Shown here: positions 1 through 12,670 of the stretch, in pieces
How positions within the stretch are numbered: the first letter of the stretch is position 1
How the letters are laid out: the number at the start of each line of letters is the position of its first letter
Assembly (NCBI RefSeq): GCF_001194135.2
Contig: NC_068996.1
Span: 9,289,804 to 9,353,803, forward strand
DNA length: 64,000 nt
Direction: 5' to 3'
DNA from: Octopus bimaculoides
Taxonomy: Eukaryota
Notes under the pieces: model-generated
The model's database searches: none
Told to the model about the DNA's origin: nothing
The model's input: only the letters and a program-made list of their open reading frames with translations
Position numbers and translations under genes: made by a program

Positions 1-999
1 TGAATGTATGTATATATTAAAAAAAAAAAATAATAAATCATTGACTTTCCATTAATGTGATTTAGATCATCTGAATATTCAATTAAGAGTTTCTGTTTGT
101 ATTTTTCTTTCCATAAGGCATGCACATGCATGTGCAAGTGTGTGTATGTATGTGTGTGTGTGTGTGTGAAATCAACAGGTTTTTTTTTTTTATATTATTC
201 TACTATTTTAGGAAAAGGGGTGGGAGAAGAATCAGTAGAGCAACAGGCAAAATGCATTGCTGTATTTAATTACATTCACTACTTGTTTCTGAGCTCAAAT
301 TTTACCAGTGGTCAACTTTGGATTTTCACACACACAAACAGGGTTGAGAGCTAGATATGTCCAGTATTGTAAACATGTAGTATGGATGAAGAATTTGTAG
401 TTTACATATATATATATATATATGTAGTTTTGGGGTGTTAGGTGGAAACAAATAAGTACCAGTCAAGTACTGGAGTCGATATAATTGACAATATTCTTTC
501 CGCCTTTCTCTTTGCTCAATATTTGGCCTTGTGGCTACTTTGGAAATCATTTTTTTTTTTTAATGTTTATTGTCGTTCGTTTCGTTTTATTTCTCTGTCT
601 GGTAAACATTGAGTTAACAACAGCTGTCAACTGTTTATTCAAACTGACTAAGAATATACAGCAGTATTTCGCTGCCAATAACCACCAGGCAGCCAGGTTG
701 AATTTAGGAAACTACAAACTAGATTTAGAATGTGCAACAAGTTCACAAAGTGGAATGAATTATTTTGTTGTGGAGGAAGAAGTGAAGTCTAATGCTTCCG
801 GCAGAACCCTTCATCGGAGAGGAGAGAGAGAGGTGGGGAAATGTTTACTAGTAGTGGTTAATAAATGCATTTTGAGTGGTGGTAGTTGTAGTAGTTGGGA
901 TGATAGTGGTAGTTGTAGTGGTGATGGTAGTTGTCATCAATAGTAGTAGTAATGTTGTTGTTATTGTTATTGAGGCAACAACCTGGCAAAATCGTTATC

Positions 1000-1450
1000 A
1001 TGCTGGACAAAATGCTTAGCAGCACTTTGTTCATTTTTGGCGTTCTGTGTTCGAATTCAGCTGCTATCAACTTTGCCTTTCATCCCTTAAGGGTCCATAA
1101 AATGAGTACCAGTTGAATATTGGGGTTGATGTGGTCAATATACTCCTACCTCCTACCTTGAAATTACTGGCCTTGTGCCAAAATTTTAAGCCATCATCAC
1201 CTTCATCATCATTATTATTATTATCATTATCATTATTATTATGAAGGTCACAAGCTGGCAGAATTGTTAACATGCCAGAGAAAAATACTTCATGCCGTTT
1301 TGCCTGCCATTATGTTCTGAGTTCAAAATCAGCTGAGGCCAACTTTACCTTTTGTCCTTCTCAGGGTCAGTAAAATAAGTACTATTTGAGGACTTGGTGT
1401 CATTGTAATCAAATGGACTCTCCCACAAAAATTTCAGGATTTGTAACTAT
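1000..1450. mobile_element. Cluster of SINE family C fragments separated by (ATC/ATT)n
   Basis: Two + copies of the motif tcaactttgcctttcatcc...ggtc.ataaaat(g/a)agtac (about 1068-1115 and 1340-1385), with a - strand tail piece near 1150-1200. Confidence 0.75.
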
Positions 1451-1714
1451 GTTTGAAAGGATTATTGTTGTAGTAGAAGTAGTAGTTTTAGAATGGCTTA
1501 GTAAGATTCAACCCTTTTTTTTTTCTTTTTCTCTTGTTGGTTTCATCCCTGTGCTGGCTTCAGAGAATCACTGGACTGTGGCCATGCCATGTCACCCTAA
1601 CACCCACCCTTTTCATTTATGGAATTACCTTTGATCATAGGCATGTTGGATCTGGGTTGACTTTGGACAGCACAACAACAACAAAAATGGTGTTCTGTAA
1701 ACTGCAAGTGTAAC

Positions 1715-1786
1715 CATTATAAAGAACATTATTATTATAAAGAACATTATTATTATAAAGAACATTATCATTATAAAGAACATTAT
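1715..1786. repeat. 18-bp tandem repeat, 4 copies
   Basis: Unit (c/t)attataaagaacattat repeated head to tail. Confidence 0.9.
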
Positions 1787-2506
1787 TAATCTCTCTGTTC
1801 CAGCACATTATTTCATACAAATTTCTTTTTATTCAAAAGTATTCAGCATTTCTTCTGACAATTCTTGGCATTAGCTTGTTTCACTGTTTTTCTGAGGTTT
1901 CTTTTTGTTGTTGTTTTTTTTATTTAAATTTTCTTCCCTCTCACATGGAATTTTGTCATCTTATGTATAATCTCACTTTCTGAATCTTCTCTGTTTTAAT
2001 AAGCTCCATGTTACACTTACAAATCTACTGTTATGAAATACTGTAATAACTAAGTTATTGGCTAGCTCAATAGAATTATCGAATTTCTTAAATCCTAATG
2101 GGTTGAGTAATTTACATCAATTAACTCATTATTATTTAAATCATACCAACAGTGTTTCCGGTCCTTCATTAAACATTTCTATAACATTTTAGATTTTTAT
2201 TTGAATGTCCATAATAAATACATTTCCTATTGTTGTTCTTTTACTCCATTCAGAATCTATTTAGCATTGTAGTGCATTGAGAGGTGCTTTTTTTTTGCTT
2301 TTTTTAAGTGAGAGAAAACTTTATTGAAATTAGTTGATTGAATTTTTTTGAACAGTAACGACAAGATAGATTGGATTGAGTCCAGTCTTTTATTCAACAT
2401 ACTCGTCACAAGAATATTTGATGCCAGATTATTTGGGAAATGTTACCTGTCCCATCCAAGCTGAAGGTGTTTTTTTTTTTTTGCTGCCTTGGATCAGTTT
2501 ACATAT

Positions 2507-2730
2507 AACCCTTTAGCATTTAAACTAACCATAACCAAGCCCAGATATTCTACTTGTTTTATATTCAAACCAGCCAGATCCTGCCTCTCACACCTACCCT
2601 ACTATGTCATTCTAAAAATAAACAATCACCTCATAGGAGTTTCAATGCTACAAGCTACTGCATAATTAATTAAAAACAATGTGAATAAATAAGCATTACA
2701 TTTGACAGTAACCTGAATACTAAATGATTT
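2507..2730. mobile_element. piggyBac-type MITE (family F), decayed
   Basis: Starts (a)taaccctttagcattt and ends ctgaatactaaatgattta. Body (ccagatc..gcctctcacacctacc.taca.tgtcattctaaaa) recurs at about 13345-13532, 35610-35822 and 52142-52720. Confidence 0.7.
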
Positions 2731-2744
2731 AAGTATAGATGCTG

Positions 2745-2956
2745 TTGCCAGTACCACCAGACTGGCCCTCATGCCTGTGACACGTAAAAGCACCCACTAC
2801 ACTCTAGGAGTGGTTGGCGTTAGGAAGGGCATCCAGCTGTAGAAACTCTGCCAAATCAGATTGGAGCCTGGTGTAGCCATCTGGTTCACCAGTCCTCAGT
2901 CAAATCGTCCAACCCATACTAGCATGGAAAGCGGACGTTAAATGATGATGATGATG
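2745..2956 (+). mobile_element. 5'-truncated RTE-type LINE 3' end (family B) with (GAT)n tail
   Basis: gttggcgttaggaagggcatccagctgtagaaactctgcc...ccaacccat.ctagcatggaaagcggacgttaaa(tga)n, a sequence seen many times in the window. Confidence 0.85.
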
Positions 2957-3504
2957 TGTTGTTATAGTTGATGTTGTTTTACCCTAAGTTAGTCCTGATT
3001 GGTCAAACCTACTGCTTTGTCTTTTATTCAGGCATGTACAAAATTTAGGACTACCTAATTTTACTTTCTTAAGATGATACATTGTGATTTGAGGAAGATT
3101 TACCTGATATCTCAAGCAGACAGTCTGATGACACAGAGCCTTGCTTGTTGACTTGTGTGTTTGTTGGTTTGCTTATGCATTTGTGCATGTATGTGTCTGA
3201 ATATGTGTATGTGTTCATATTCTCATAACTTGAAATCAGTCTGTATCTGTCTTCTGTTTAAATCATTTCTTTTAGATGAATTTTCTCTACTTATTTTCCT
3301 TAAATTGAAATAAGGGAAGATAATTGAAATTAACATTTCATTACTGTTTGAGATTGTTCTTCATCTTGTAGAAGGTTACGCCAAGTTCAAAGCCTCTGAT
3401 TTTTAATGTGATGACTTATAATGGATTATTGTACCAAACTGTCTGCGTTTGTTAATACACACACACACACACAATTATATACACACACATACACATATAT
3501 TTAT

Positions 3505-3650
3505 AGAGGCAGTTGTAGCTGTGTGGTTGAGAAGTTTGCTTCCCAACCATGTGCTCATGAGTTCAATTTTACTACAAGCATCTTGGATACATGTCTTCTA
3601 CAATAGCCTCATGAGTGGATTTGGTAAACAGAAACTGAAACAAGCCCCTT
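3505..3650 (+). mobile_element. SINE family A, head fragment
   Basis: gtagctgtgtggttgagaagtttgcttcccaaccatgtg...ttcaat...ggatttggtaaacagaaactgaaa matches the head of the copy at 41689. Confidence 0.75.
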
Positions 3651-4099
3651 GTTTCTATATATGTATTTATATATGGTGGTGGTGGTGGTGGTTGGGGTTA
3701 GTCTGAGGTCATAGTTAAAGACATTTCCCCAAGTTGCCACATGGCAGGATGGAACCTTAAGCCACGTAATTACATAGCAAATTCCAACAAACTCCATATC
3801 TATACAGCCATGCCTACAACTGTATTTCAAAGATGTTAATGTGTGTGTGTGTGTGTGTACATATATAAACATTTATATATATATTTTGGAGGAAACATGT
3901 GGAAGGGATTGGCCCAGAAAGAGAGGGGATAAAGTGGTGAGGAAGGAACTTCATATGTTAGGCCTCACAGAGTAAATAACAGCTGATCGAAACCCCTGTT
4001 TGAGAAGTCATGTCAAGCCAAGTACAATCATGGTTGTCCTTGCATACAGCTATGTCCCCTGAATCCCTCTTTAACTGAGCGTTCCTAATCTTGTGGGTT

Positions 4100-4298
4100 T
4101 GTGGGTGCCACATAAAAAGCACCCATAGCAGTGCCATGTAAAAGCACCTGTGCCAGTGCTGCATAAAAGCACCCAGTGGTCAATGCTAGGAAGGGCATTC
4201 AGCCATAGAAACCATCTGCAAGCAGACACGGAGCCCTGGCAGCTCTTCAGCTCACTAGCTGAAAAATGGATGTTAAATAATTCTGATGATGATGATGT
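4100..4298 (+). mobile_element. RTE-type 3' end variant (family B)
   Basis: gccacataaaaagcaccc...ctaggaagggcatt cagccatagaaacc...ggatgttaaa then (gat)n. Confidence 0.7.
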
Positions 4299-4816
4299 AC
4301 ATATATATTTACATATATATTTACATCATATATACACCAACATCTTTTAAACACATGCAGACTTGCACACATACATGGTCACACATATGTATATGAATAG
4401 ACACATACACAGAGAACACATGTGTTAATCCATAATAGAAATACTTGACATATCTGAGATATAGAGCAGCTGCTACACATGCACACATGCCAAAAGAAAC
4501 AAGCAAACAAACAAACAAAAGATAAATCATTCACCACAACCACAAAAAAAAAACATCTATTCAGCTTTTTGGCAAAGTTCATTTTTACAAACCGCTCTAT
4601 AACTTGCAGAAAACAATGAGGGTATCTCTATATGTCTCTATATGGTCACTCAGTGTGCTAAAAGTAGCGGCAGCCCAAATTTCGCTAAAATTACTCTGTA
4701 CCATTAAATGGGAAAGGCGCTCATTCACAAATATCATGCAATGTCTGGACAAAGAGACAATAACATACTCACACACACTTGGTTATTAGTTTTGAATGTA
4801 TCTCAAATCTGTGGTG

Positions 4817-4860
<44 letters not shown>

Positions 4861-4995
4861 TGGTAATGCAAAATAATTGATTTTCAAGCAAATAGCCTGA
4901 CATCATATCACAAATAGTGTACAAGCCAATAAAATGTGTTCTTGCAATCACCCAGTCAGCATAGCTTATGACCAAACATTAATATGGGTACAAAC

Positions 4996-5320
4996 TGTCA
5001 TCATCATCATTTAACGTCCATCTTCCATGCACACATGGGTAGGATGATTGACAGGAGTCGGCCAGGTACAAAAACGACCCTAGGCTACTGTGTCTGTTTT
5101 AGCAGGGACTTTATGGCTGCATGGCCTTCCTAACACCAACCGCTCTGCAGAGTGGACTCAGTGCTTTTTACATGGTACTAGCACAGGTGAAGTTAGTTTT
5201 GGCATGATTTTTACAACTGGATGCCCTTCCTAACACCAACCACTTTACAGTGTGGACTGGATGCTTTTAATGTAGCACCAGCACTGGCAAGGTCACCAAG
5301 TAACTCAAAAGACAAGGAAT
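4996..5320 (-). mobile_element. RTE-type 3' end variant (family B)
   Basis: (catc)n tttaacgtcc.tcttccatgc...ggatgcccttcctaacaccaacc, the reverse complement of the family B tail. Confidence 0.75.
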
Positions 5321-5683
5321 TTTGAGAGGGGTGAGGGCATTTGAGGAGGGGAACTTGTGTCAGAGGATGAAATGTTAAAGTGTGGCAGAGAGACAGAGAG
5401 GCAGAAACAGGTGTCTTGATATAACGGAGGGGGCATTGGAGGAGATGATTCAGTGTCAGATGATGAAAGGTTAAAGTGTAACAGGGAAATAGAGAGGCAG
5501 AAATAGGTGTCTTGTTATAGGAGGTACAAGAGAGAGAGAGAGGAAGAAGAAAGAGGCCAGAAAGAAGTGTGCTGATGTACAGGAGACACTTAGTTACGTA
5601 GTCAGAGGTAAAACAGGAGATATCTGTATCTCTATCTGATAGCTAATGGAAGGCAATGACTTTGGTGGGCATATGGACAGCCA

Positions 5684-6075
5684 ATGGAAGGTAATGACAT
5701 TTAGTTTAGCAATGCATGCTTTACACATTTCAAAAGAGCAACAAGGCCGACATCTGCAAGGGAAATGATATCTACTGTATATGCTGATGGTGTGAGCATT
5801 TGGAATTGCTAGAGGTGGCTTGACAAATTAAGCAAAAAAACGATGATTTCAATCTTTTGGATGGGTATCATTGAGGAAGACCAACTGTTCGCAATAATGA
5901 CATTATGAAAACAGCAGATGAAGAGGATCTGTATCAGAGTATCGGGTACTCAGCTCAAATTCTTAAGAAAACCTTGATCCACTGTGCAAAATTACCTCAA
6001 GTAGATTGGGAAAGTGTATAGGGTAGTGTGTACCTTATAAGCTGTCTCTTGAGAATAAAGGCTTTATTCAGTGAA
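5684..6075 (+). pseudogene. Decayed mariner (Tc1/mariner) transposase, N-terminal HTH region
   Basis: With stops and frameshifts it reads MEGNDI*FSNACFTHFKR..AREMISTVYADGVSIWNC*RWLDKL / DFNLLDGYH*GRPTVRNNDIMKTADEEDLYQS / LGKCIG*CVPYKLSLENK. This parallels mariner ICxVYG...RWFxKFRSGDFxLxD..RSGRP...WVPHEL. Confidence 0.7.
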
Positions 6076-7577
6076 GATAACACAAGGAAAGATAAATTGA
6101 TTAGGCTGGGGAGTTCAACCTCACCCTCCCTACACACCAGACGTAAACACTATCAGATTTTCACTTGATCAGGTCACTTGAACACTTGGGAAAACAATAG
6201 AAATGCATCCAGAAGCAGGGACAATGTTGAAACAGCACTTCATACACTTTTCTCTTCTAAAAAAACATTAATTTTTTTTTTTTACCTGAGGTACTTATAG
6301 CTAGATAACCTGTTAATAGTTCAGTTTCTTAGTCATGTACACAGTGCAGCGGACTAAACCACACTGATGTATCTACTTATAGCTAGGTAAACTGCTGATT
6401 GCTCATTAAATGTTTTGGTCATTGATGCAGAATAGTGAATTATACCACATTGTGGTACCTACATACAACTAGGTAGAATGGACTGTTGACAGTCCTGTGC
6501 TTTGGTTGTTGAGGAAGTACAGTACCAGTAAAAAGTTATGCACCATTGACTTCAACAGCTGAGTATCTGCTACCCTAACCCCTTGGCCATCCAACTCCAG
6601 TTTTTTTTTCTTTTTCGTTATTATTTTTTGTATTTGTTGAAATATTTTTCCTTAGAGAAAAATTTATCAATAAATCACACATAACTGTTACTTAATGATT
6701 GTATAAGTTTATAACAAAATAAATCTTGATTATTTCTGTTTTATACTCATCAGCATGTCTTCTCTTGTTCAACAATCAATAAATGACAACTCCACAACCT
6801 GCTGACTGTTGACAGATTTTTTCCTTTTTTTTTCCTTTTTTTTTTTTGTATCATTATTGAACCTGTTACTGTTGTTCGATTTTTTCTTTTCTTTCACTGT
6901 ATTTGAACAGCATTTTTTTTGTGTGTGCGTGTGTCATTGTCATTGGGTTTTTTTTTTTTGTGAAGTGAGTTGAGAACTTAGTGGTGGTGGATGGGAGATG
7001 TTTTCAATCCATGTCTTACAGAAAAGATCAAATAATTTTTTTTTTCTGCAGAGCAGCATCCGTCCTCTCATCCTGTGATCTTGCATCAAATTGCAAAGGA
7101 AGGTTCATTCTGATTCTAATTGGATCTTCTTCCTCGTTGTCCAACACTGTGACACTGGATGCCAGTTACATTTCACTTGACAGTAACACACCACAGAATA
7201 TGATCTCTCTCTCTCTCTCTTCCTCCAAGCTTGGCATACTCCCCAAAATCATAGCACTTTGAAACTAATGAGGAAGTCTCTATATGGTTGCTCAACCTGC
7301 AAGAAATACTGATCAAATCAAAAATCTTCCTCGGACCACAACTCCACAGTCTTCTGGAAGTAGAGACATCAGGGAAACGTTCTCCTAGATGTACCACCGA
7401 GTCCAAACAAAGGATTGGATGTCAAAAATTGAACTTTCCTTTAACCGTAGCTCAGCTTGATCAAAGACGACTTGGTGCTAATTAATAAGAGTTTTAAGGT
7501 GGGCAAAATAAGTTAAATGTTTGTCATACACCAAAAAAATTTACTACACATCACTCAACAGTTCCTGAGTACATCAT

Positions 7578-7638
<61 letters not shown>

Positions 7639-7650
7639 TAGTAGTAGTAA
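7578..7650. repeat. (TAG)n microsatellite
   Basis: Direct reading. Confidence 0.95.
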
Positions 7651-7729
7651 TCGTCGTCGTTGTAGCAGCAGCATCAGTAACAGCAGTACTGATTTCATAA
7701 ATGTGTGTGTGTGTGTGTGTGCATATGTG

Positions 7730-7995
7730 TGAAGGCATGTGGACTAGTGTGGTTAGGGCATTGCACTCGTGATGTCTAGATCCTGTGTTCAATTCCTGGA
7801 CCGAGTGTTCTTGAGCAAAATACTTCATTTCACACTGTCCCAGTCCTCTCAACTGTAAATAGGTACCCCTGGGACAGAATAGCCTTCTGATCAGGGGCAA
7901 GGTCAAACTACTTGCCTAGCCAGTGGGGTGGCGTCATTTGAAAGCTTAAACAATGCAAAGTGCATTGTGACTAGTGATGTATAACAACACTTGAT
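7730..7995 (+). mobile_element. tRNA-derived SINE, family D-like variant
   Basis: gaaggcatgtggactagtgtggttaggg...gttcaattcctggacc (A/B-box-like), then gtgttcttgagcaaaatacttcatttcac. Confidence 0.75.
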
Positions 7996-8185
7996 AGTCT
8001 GGTTGTTCCTGTGATCACATGTGTATGTTAATGTGTTGTTGTTTTACCACAGGTCAGCCCAAGTTGCATATATATACAGAGGAAAGTTCTCCTCTATTTA
8101 AGATAATACGGTTTAATCCAACATAGATTCAGCTGCTATTTCTAACATATTGAATAACTACATTGGGAATACATATTGGTTCATA

Positions 8186-8717
8186 CTCTTACTCTTTTAC
8201 TAGTTTCAGTCATTTGACTGTGGCCATGCTGGAGCACCGCCTTTAATCAAACAAATCGACCCCAGGACTTATTCTTTGTAAGCCTAGTACTTATTCTATC
8301 GGTCTCTATTGCCGAACCGCTAAGTTACGGGGACGTAAACACAACAGCATCGGTTGTCAAGCGAAGTTGGGGGGACAAACACAGACACACAGACATATAC
8401 ACACACATACATATATANNNNNNNNNNNNNNNNNNNNNNNNNNNNNNNNNNNNNNNNNNNNNNNNNNNNNNNNNNNNNNNNNNNNNNNNNNNNNNNNNNN
8501 NNNNNNNNNNNNNNNNNNNNNNNNNNNATATACATATATATATACATATATATACGATGGGGCTTCTTTCAGTTTCCGTCTACCAAATCCACTCACAAGG
8601 CTTTGGTTGGCCCGAGGCTATAGTAAAAGACACTTGATCAAGGTGCCACGCAGTGGGGCTGAACCCGGAACCATGTGGTTGGTAAGCAAGCTACTTAACA
8701 CAGCCACTCCTACACCT
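8186..8717 (-). mobile_element. SINE family A, near full length, with an N-gap in the internal microsatellite
   Basis: Reverse complement of the 41689-42146 copy. Gap at 8418-8527. Confidence 0.9.
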
Positions 8718-8822
8718 ACATGTTATATAAATGTGTAACATATACATATTATAAAATAAAGTTAGTTTGTTTTCCACCTTCAGGCCTATCACAATGCAGA
8801 GTTCATCTTGGTTTTTGTGGTG

Positions 8823-9405
8823 TTTAACCATTTTGATTCCAACCTACCCAAGACTGCCCCTGGTTCTCTGGCACAGGCTTCCTGCTTTTAAAGTGATCTA
8901 AATTAAAACCTTCCAACAAAATGTCACATTTATATATGCACCAAACACCCAACTTAATAATAACAAAGATATTTTAACCAAATTCTTAGTTGTGTGGGTA
9001 AGAAGCTCGCTCCTCAAACACGTGGTCTTTGGTTGAATCCCACTGTACAGTACCTTGGCCAAGTGTCTCCCTCTATAGCCCTGAGCTGACACCCTTGTGA
9101 GTGGATTCAGTAGATGGAACTAAGAATCTCATTATGTGTATGTGCGTGTGTGTGTACAGAGATATCTTCAATATTTATATCTGTGTGAGTGTGTTTTTGT
9201 GTTTGTCCGACTGATACACTAAGGTAGGTACCAGTTCAAGAAGAAAAAAAAAAGCTACTGGTACACTTATGTTTTTGTTCAACTAAACCCTTCAATTACA
9301 CTGCCCAGGCATGGCCACAGTCCAAGAACTAAAACAAAATAAGAGGATAATTCTAAAAATTAATCGAAACAAAGGCAGTGTATTTTAACAGAAATATGTT
9401 AATGT
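8823..9405. mobile_element. MITE-like repeat (family G) interrupted by a SINE A at about 8990-9345 (+)
   Basis: Flanks resemble 32390-32645 (gactgc.cct.gttct...atctaaattaaaa..ttcc..caaaat...aacaaag.tattttt.c.aaattct / aaaattaa.cgaaac...tt.aacagaaata). Confidence 0.6.
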
Positions 9406-10541
9406 GTTAGGCAACTGAGTGTGTGTGTGTGGTTCATTATTTCACGTACCCTGTATTCTTTGTTAACACATTGGCAAAGATGGATGTACATAGTTTTTAG
9501 ACAGAGTGAGGAGACTATAGCAACACATCTACTGTGTTTACAAGTGTGGAAAGTCTGTGAGTATATTTGGCACTCTAACCTTGCAAGCAATTAATTGTGT
9601 GGCCACTTCATGGCGCAACCAGGTTTGCTATAGTAACAAGAAAGTAATGGATTTTTTTTTGTTTTTTGTTTTTGTTTTTCTTTTTATTTCCTTCTCTGCC
9701 AAAATTGGTAAAAATATTTGATGCAGTCGTCAGGTGTGTTTTCTCGTGAAAGATTCTGTGATAAATTCCACGAAAAAGGTTACAAGATGGCTGAATTACT
9801 CCAAATCAGGAAGAAGGAATAAAAAAAGAAAAAAAAAAGGAAAGAAATTAAAAGTAAAAAGAAAACAGAATGAAAGAAAGAAAATCAATAAGTTTGGTTG
9901 GCTAAGAAAGTTGCTTTCACCTTAGAGACATCAGGCGATAGATACCTGGTTATAGTAAGGTCATGTGGTTAGAATCGATTCTGCGGACTGGATACGAGTT
10001 GGGAGTGGTGGTGGTGGTGGTGGTGGTGGTGATGGTGGTGGCAGGAAACGACTGTTATGGAGAGAGTAATGATAACCAAGGCACCAAAATCATTGTCAAT
10101 GTCAAAGCTTTCAAGGGATTTCTCTACCTTGCTTGCTACCACCACCACCACCACCACCATCACTACCACTGACAGCACCACCACTGCTACCACCAACACC
10201 ACCACTATCACCAACAAAGCAGATGCACTTTGCAGAAATCAAATGAACAATGAAGATGTGTGTGTGTGTGCACACAAATATGTACAAATGTGTATATGTA
10301 TATATATTATGTGCATGCATATGGATATCTTTGTGTGTGTGTACATATATAATTTTGTGTGCATATTGGTCTATGATTGTATATGCTTGTGTGTGTTTGT
10401 GCATATTTCTCATTTCACAGGCTGGATTCTCTTGCCATCACCAACTGTTTTAGCTGCTTCTTATGACACAGGTTCGCAGTGTACCTATTTAAAATAGGAT
10501 ATATATATATGTGTGTGTGTGTGTGTATGTATGTAAGTATA

Positions 10542-10576
<35 letters not shown>

Positions 10577-10890
10577 ATACAAATGATATGTGAGCATATG
10601 CATATATACATACATATATGTACATACTTACATCTACATGTATATATAGATGCATATCCGGGTACAGGATGTCATATATATATATGAGAGAGAGAGAGAA
10701 AGAGATGTACACACACATGTGTATATGTATATATCTATAAACATGGCTACATGTATGAAAATATTAGATACAAATGTATACATCATTATTTTAATTATCA
10801 TTGCTTAGTGTGCCTTCAGTTAATTAATTCCAGCTTGACAAAGCTCTGTACACACCAGCAGTCTTATTATTTGCTGTTTACATATAAGAA

Positions 10891-10984
10891 TGGGCTATGA
10901 CTGACATATTTGGAGTCTATAGCTGATGAAGTGTAACAACACAGAAACATGTCCTACAGTCTTCATAACATCATTCATAGCCCA
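10891..10984 (+). ncRNA. Minimal type I hammerhead-ribozyme-like motif (Penelope/retrozyme type)
   Basis: CTGATGA 10923-29, stem II GTGT/ACAC, GAAA 10944-47, CATGTC (palindromic stem III and GUC site), stem I 7 of 9 pairs, outer 10-bp helix tgggctatga/tcatagccca. Confidence 0.6.
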
Positions 10985-11248
10985 GTGTGACATATTTTCC
11001 ACACATGTTGTCTATGAGGAGAATTTCTCTTCAGAGACTGTTATCACAGCAAAGGTCTTCCAACTTTTGAGTGTGCATCAATGTGTGAAATATAAATGTA
11101 TTTTTAACCATTGCCGCTTAATGCATGCTTGTGTGTGTGTGTGTGTGTGTAAATTGCTGGTAACATGAGAAGCCATTGTTGAATACAAACCCTCTTTTAA
11201 CCAATGTGTATCTATCCATCTATGTATTTATTTATCTATCTATACACA

Positions 11249-11311
<63 letters not shown>

Positions 11312-11354
11312 ATATATATATATATATATATGTATGTATATATATATGTATATC

Positions 11355-11476
11355 CAGCTGTAGAAACTCTACCAGATCAGATTGGAGCCTGGTGTAGCCT
11401 TCTGGCTTGCCAGTCCTCGGTAAAATCATCTAACCTATGCTAGCATGGAAAGCGGACATTAAATGATGATGATGAT
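11355..11476 (+). mobile_element. RTE-type 3' end (family B)
   Basis: atccagctgtagaaactctaccagatcagattggagcctgg...ggacattaaa(tga)n. Confidence 0.85.
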
Positions 11477-11491
11477 ATGTATATATATATA

Positions 11492-11523
<32 letters not shown>

Positions 11524-11573
11524 GATAGATAGATAGATAGATAGATACATATATATATGTGTATATATGTGTA

Positions 11574-11625
<52 letters not shown>

Positions 11626-11777
11626 CATACATACAAGCACACGCGTATGTGTAGCAATTAATCAACCTATCATATGGATAAATATTTGATAGTTATATTT
11701 GAAAATAATTTTTATGATGTTCTAAACAATTAGCAAGAGGGTCCAATAAAAATGGAAAATGCATGAAATTCAGAGCA

Positions 11778-11810
<33 letters not shown>

Positions 11811-12344
11811 TTGTGGTATATAAATACAAACAAAGTGTGTGTGTGTGTACACATGTATTGTAAAGAAATACTGACATAGGTAGATATACTAGTATACATA
11901 TGTGTGTATTTCAATAGTTGACTTGGTTTTATTTTCAACTGTCTCTCCATGCTAGCTGTAACACAGATGCACAAACGTATTAAATTCATTGTATGTGTGT
12001 GTGTGCATGTGTAAATTTCCTTGTACATGTTTGTGTACATATAAAAATGTGTGTGTAAATTTTGTGACATGTGTATGTATGATTATATTCACACCACAAC
12101 AAGAAACAAATTGAGAGACTAAGACATTCTTACTGGCTTTTCCTTTCTTCCACCTACAAGAAATTATGCAGAAGATAAATGGCTGCCATAGAACAAAATG
12201 GTTATTTCAGTAAATAATTAATTTTTAACTTAACTTCTTTCCCAAATTCATCATTACTCTATGTTAATTATATTGTGTTTGTTTAGAGAGAGAGAGAGAC
12301 GGACAGACCGACATACAGATAGTTGTATAGATGTCTTTTATCCT

Positions 12345-12670
12345 TTGTCTTATACATATTTCAGTCAGAGGACTGCAGTCATGCTGAGGCACTGCTCTTG
12401 AAGAATTTAGAACAAATCAACCCCCGGTACTTTTTTTTTTTTACATGTTTCTCTTACTGAACTGCTAAGTTATAGGGATGTAAACAAGCCAACACCAATT
12501 GTCAAGCGGTGGTTAGTGACAAACAAACACAAAAAGTACATACACACATACACATACACACGATGGGTTTTTTTCAGTTTCCATTTACCAAATCCACTCA
12601 CAAGGCTTTGGTTGGCCCAAGGCTTTGGTCAGCCCAAGGCTGTAGTACAAGACATTTGTCCAAGGTGCCA
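12345..12670 (-). mobile_element. SINE family A, partial, with an internal ~17-bp tandem duplication
   Basis: Family A body. caaggctttggt(tg/ca)gcc is duplicated at about 12601-12640. Confidence 0.8.

Noticed and set aside
775-820. Minus-strand CCGATGAAGGG...GGAAGCATTA resembling a hammerhead
   Set aside because: Several core mismatches and no stem I.
485-943. 152-aa ORF
   Set aside because: Starts beside a SINE fragment, ends in a (GGT/AGT) repeat, has no recognisable domain and no clear splice boundaries.
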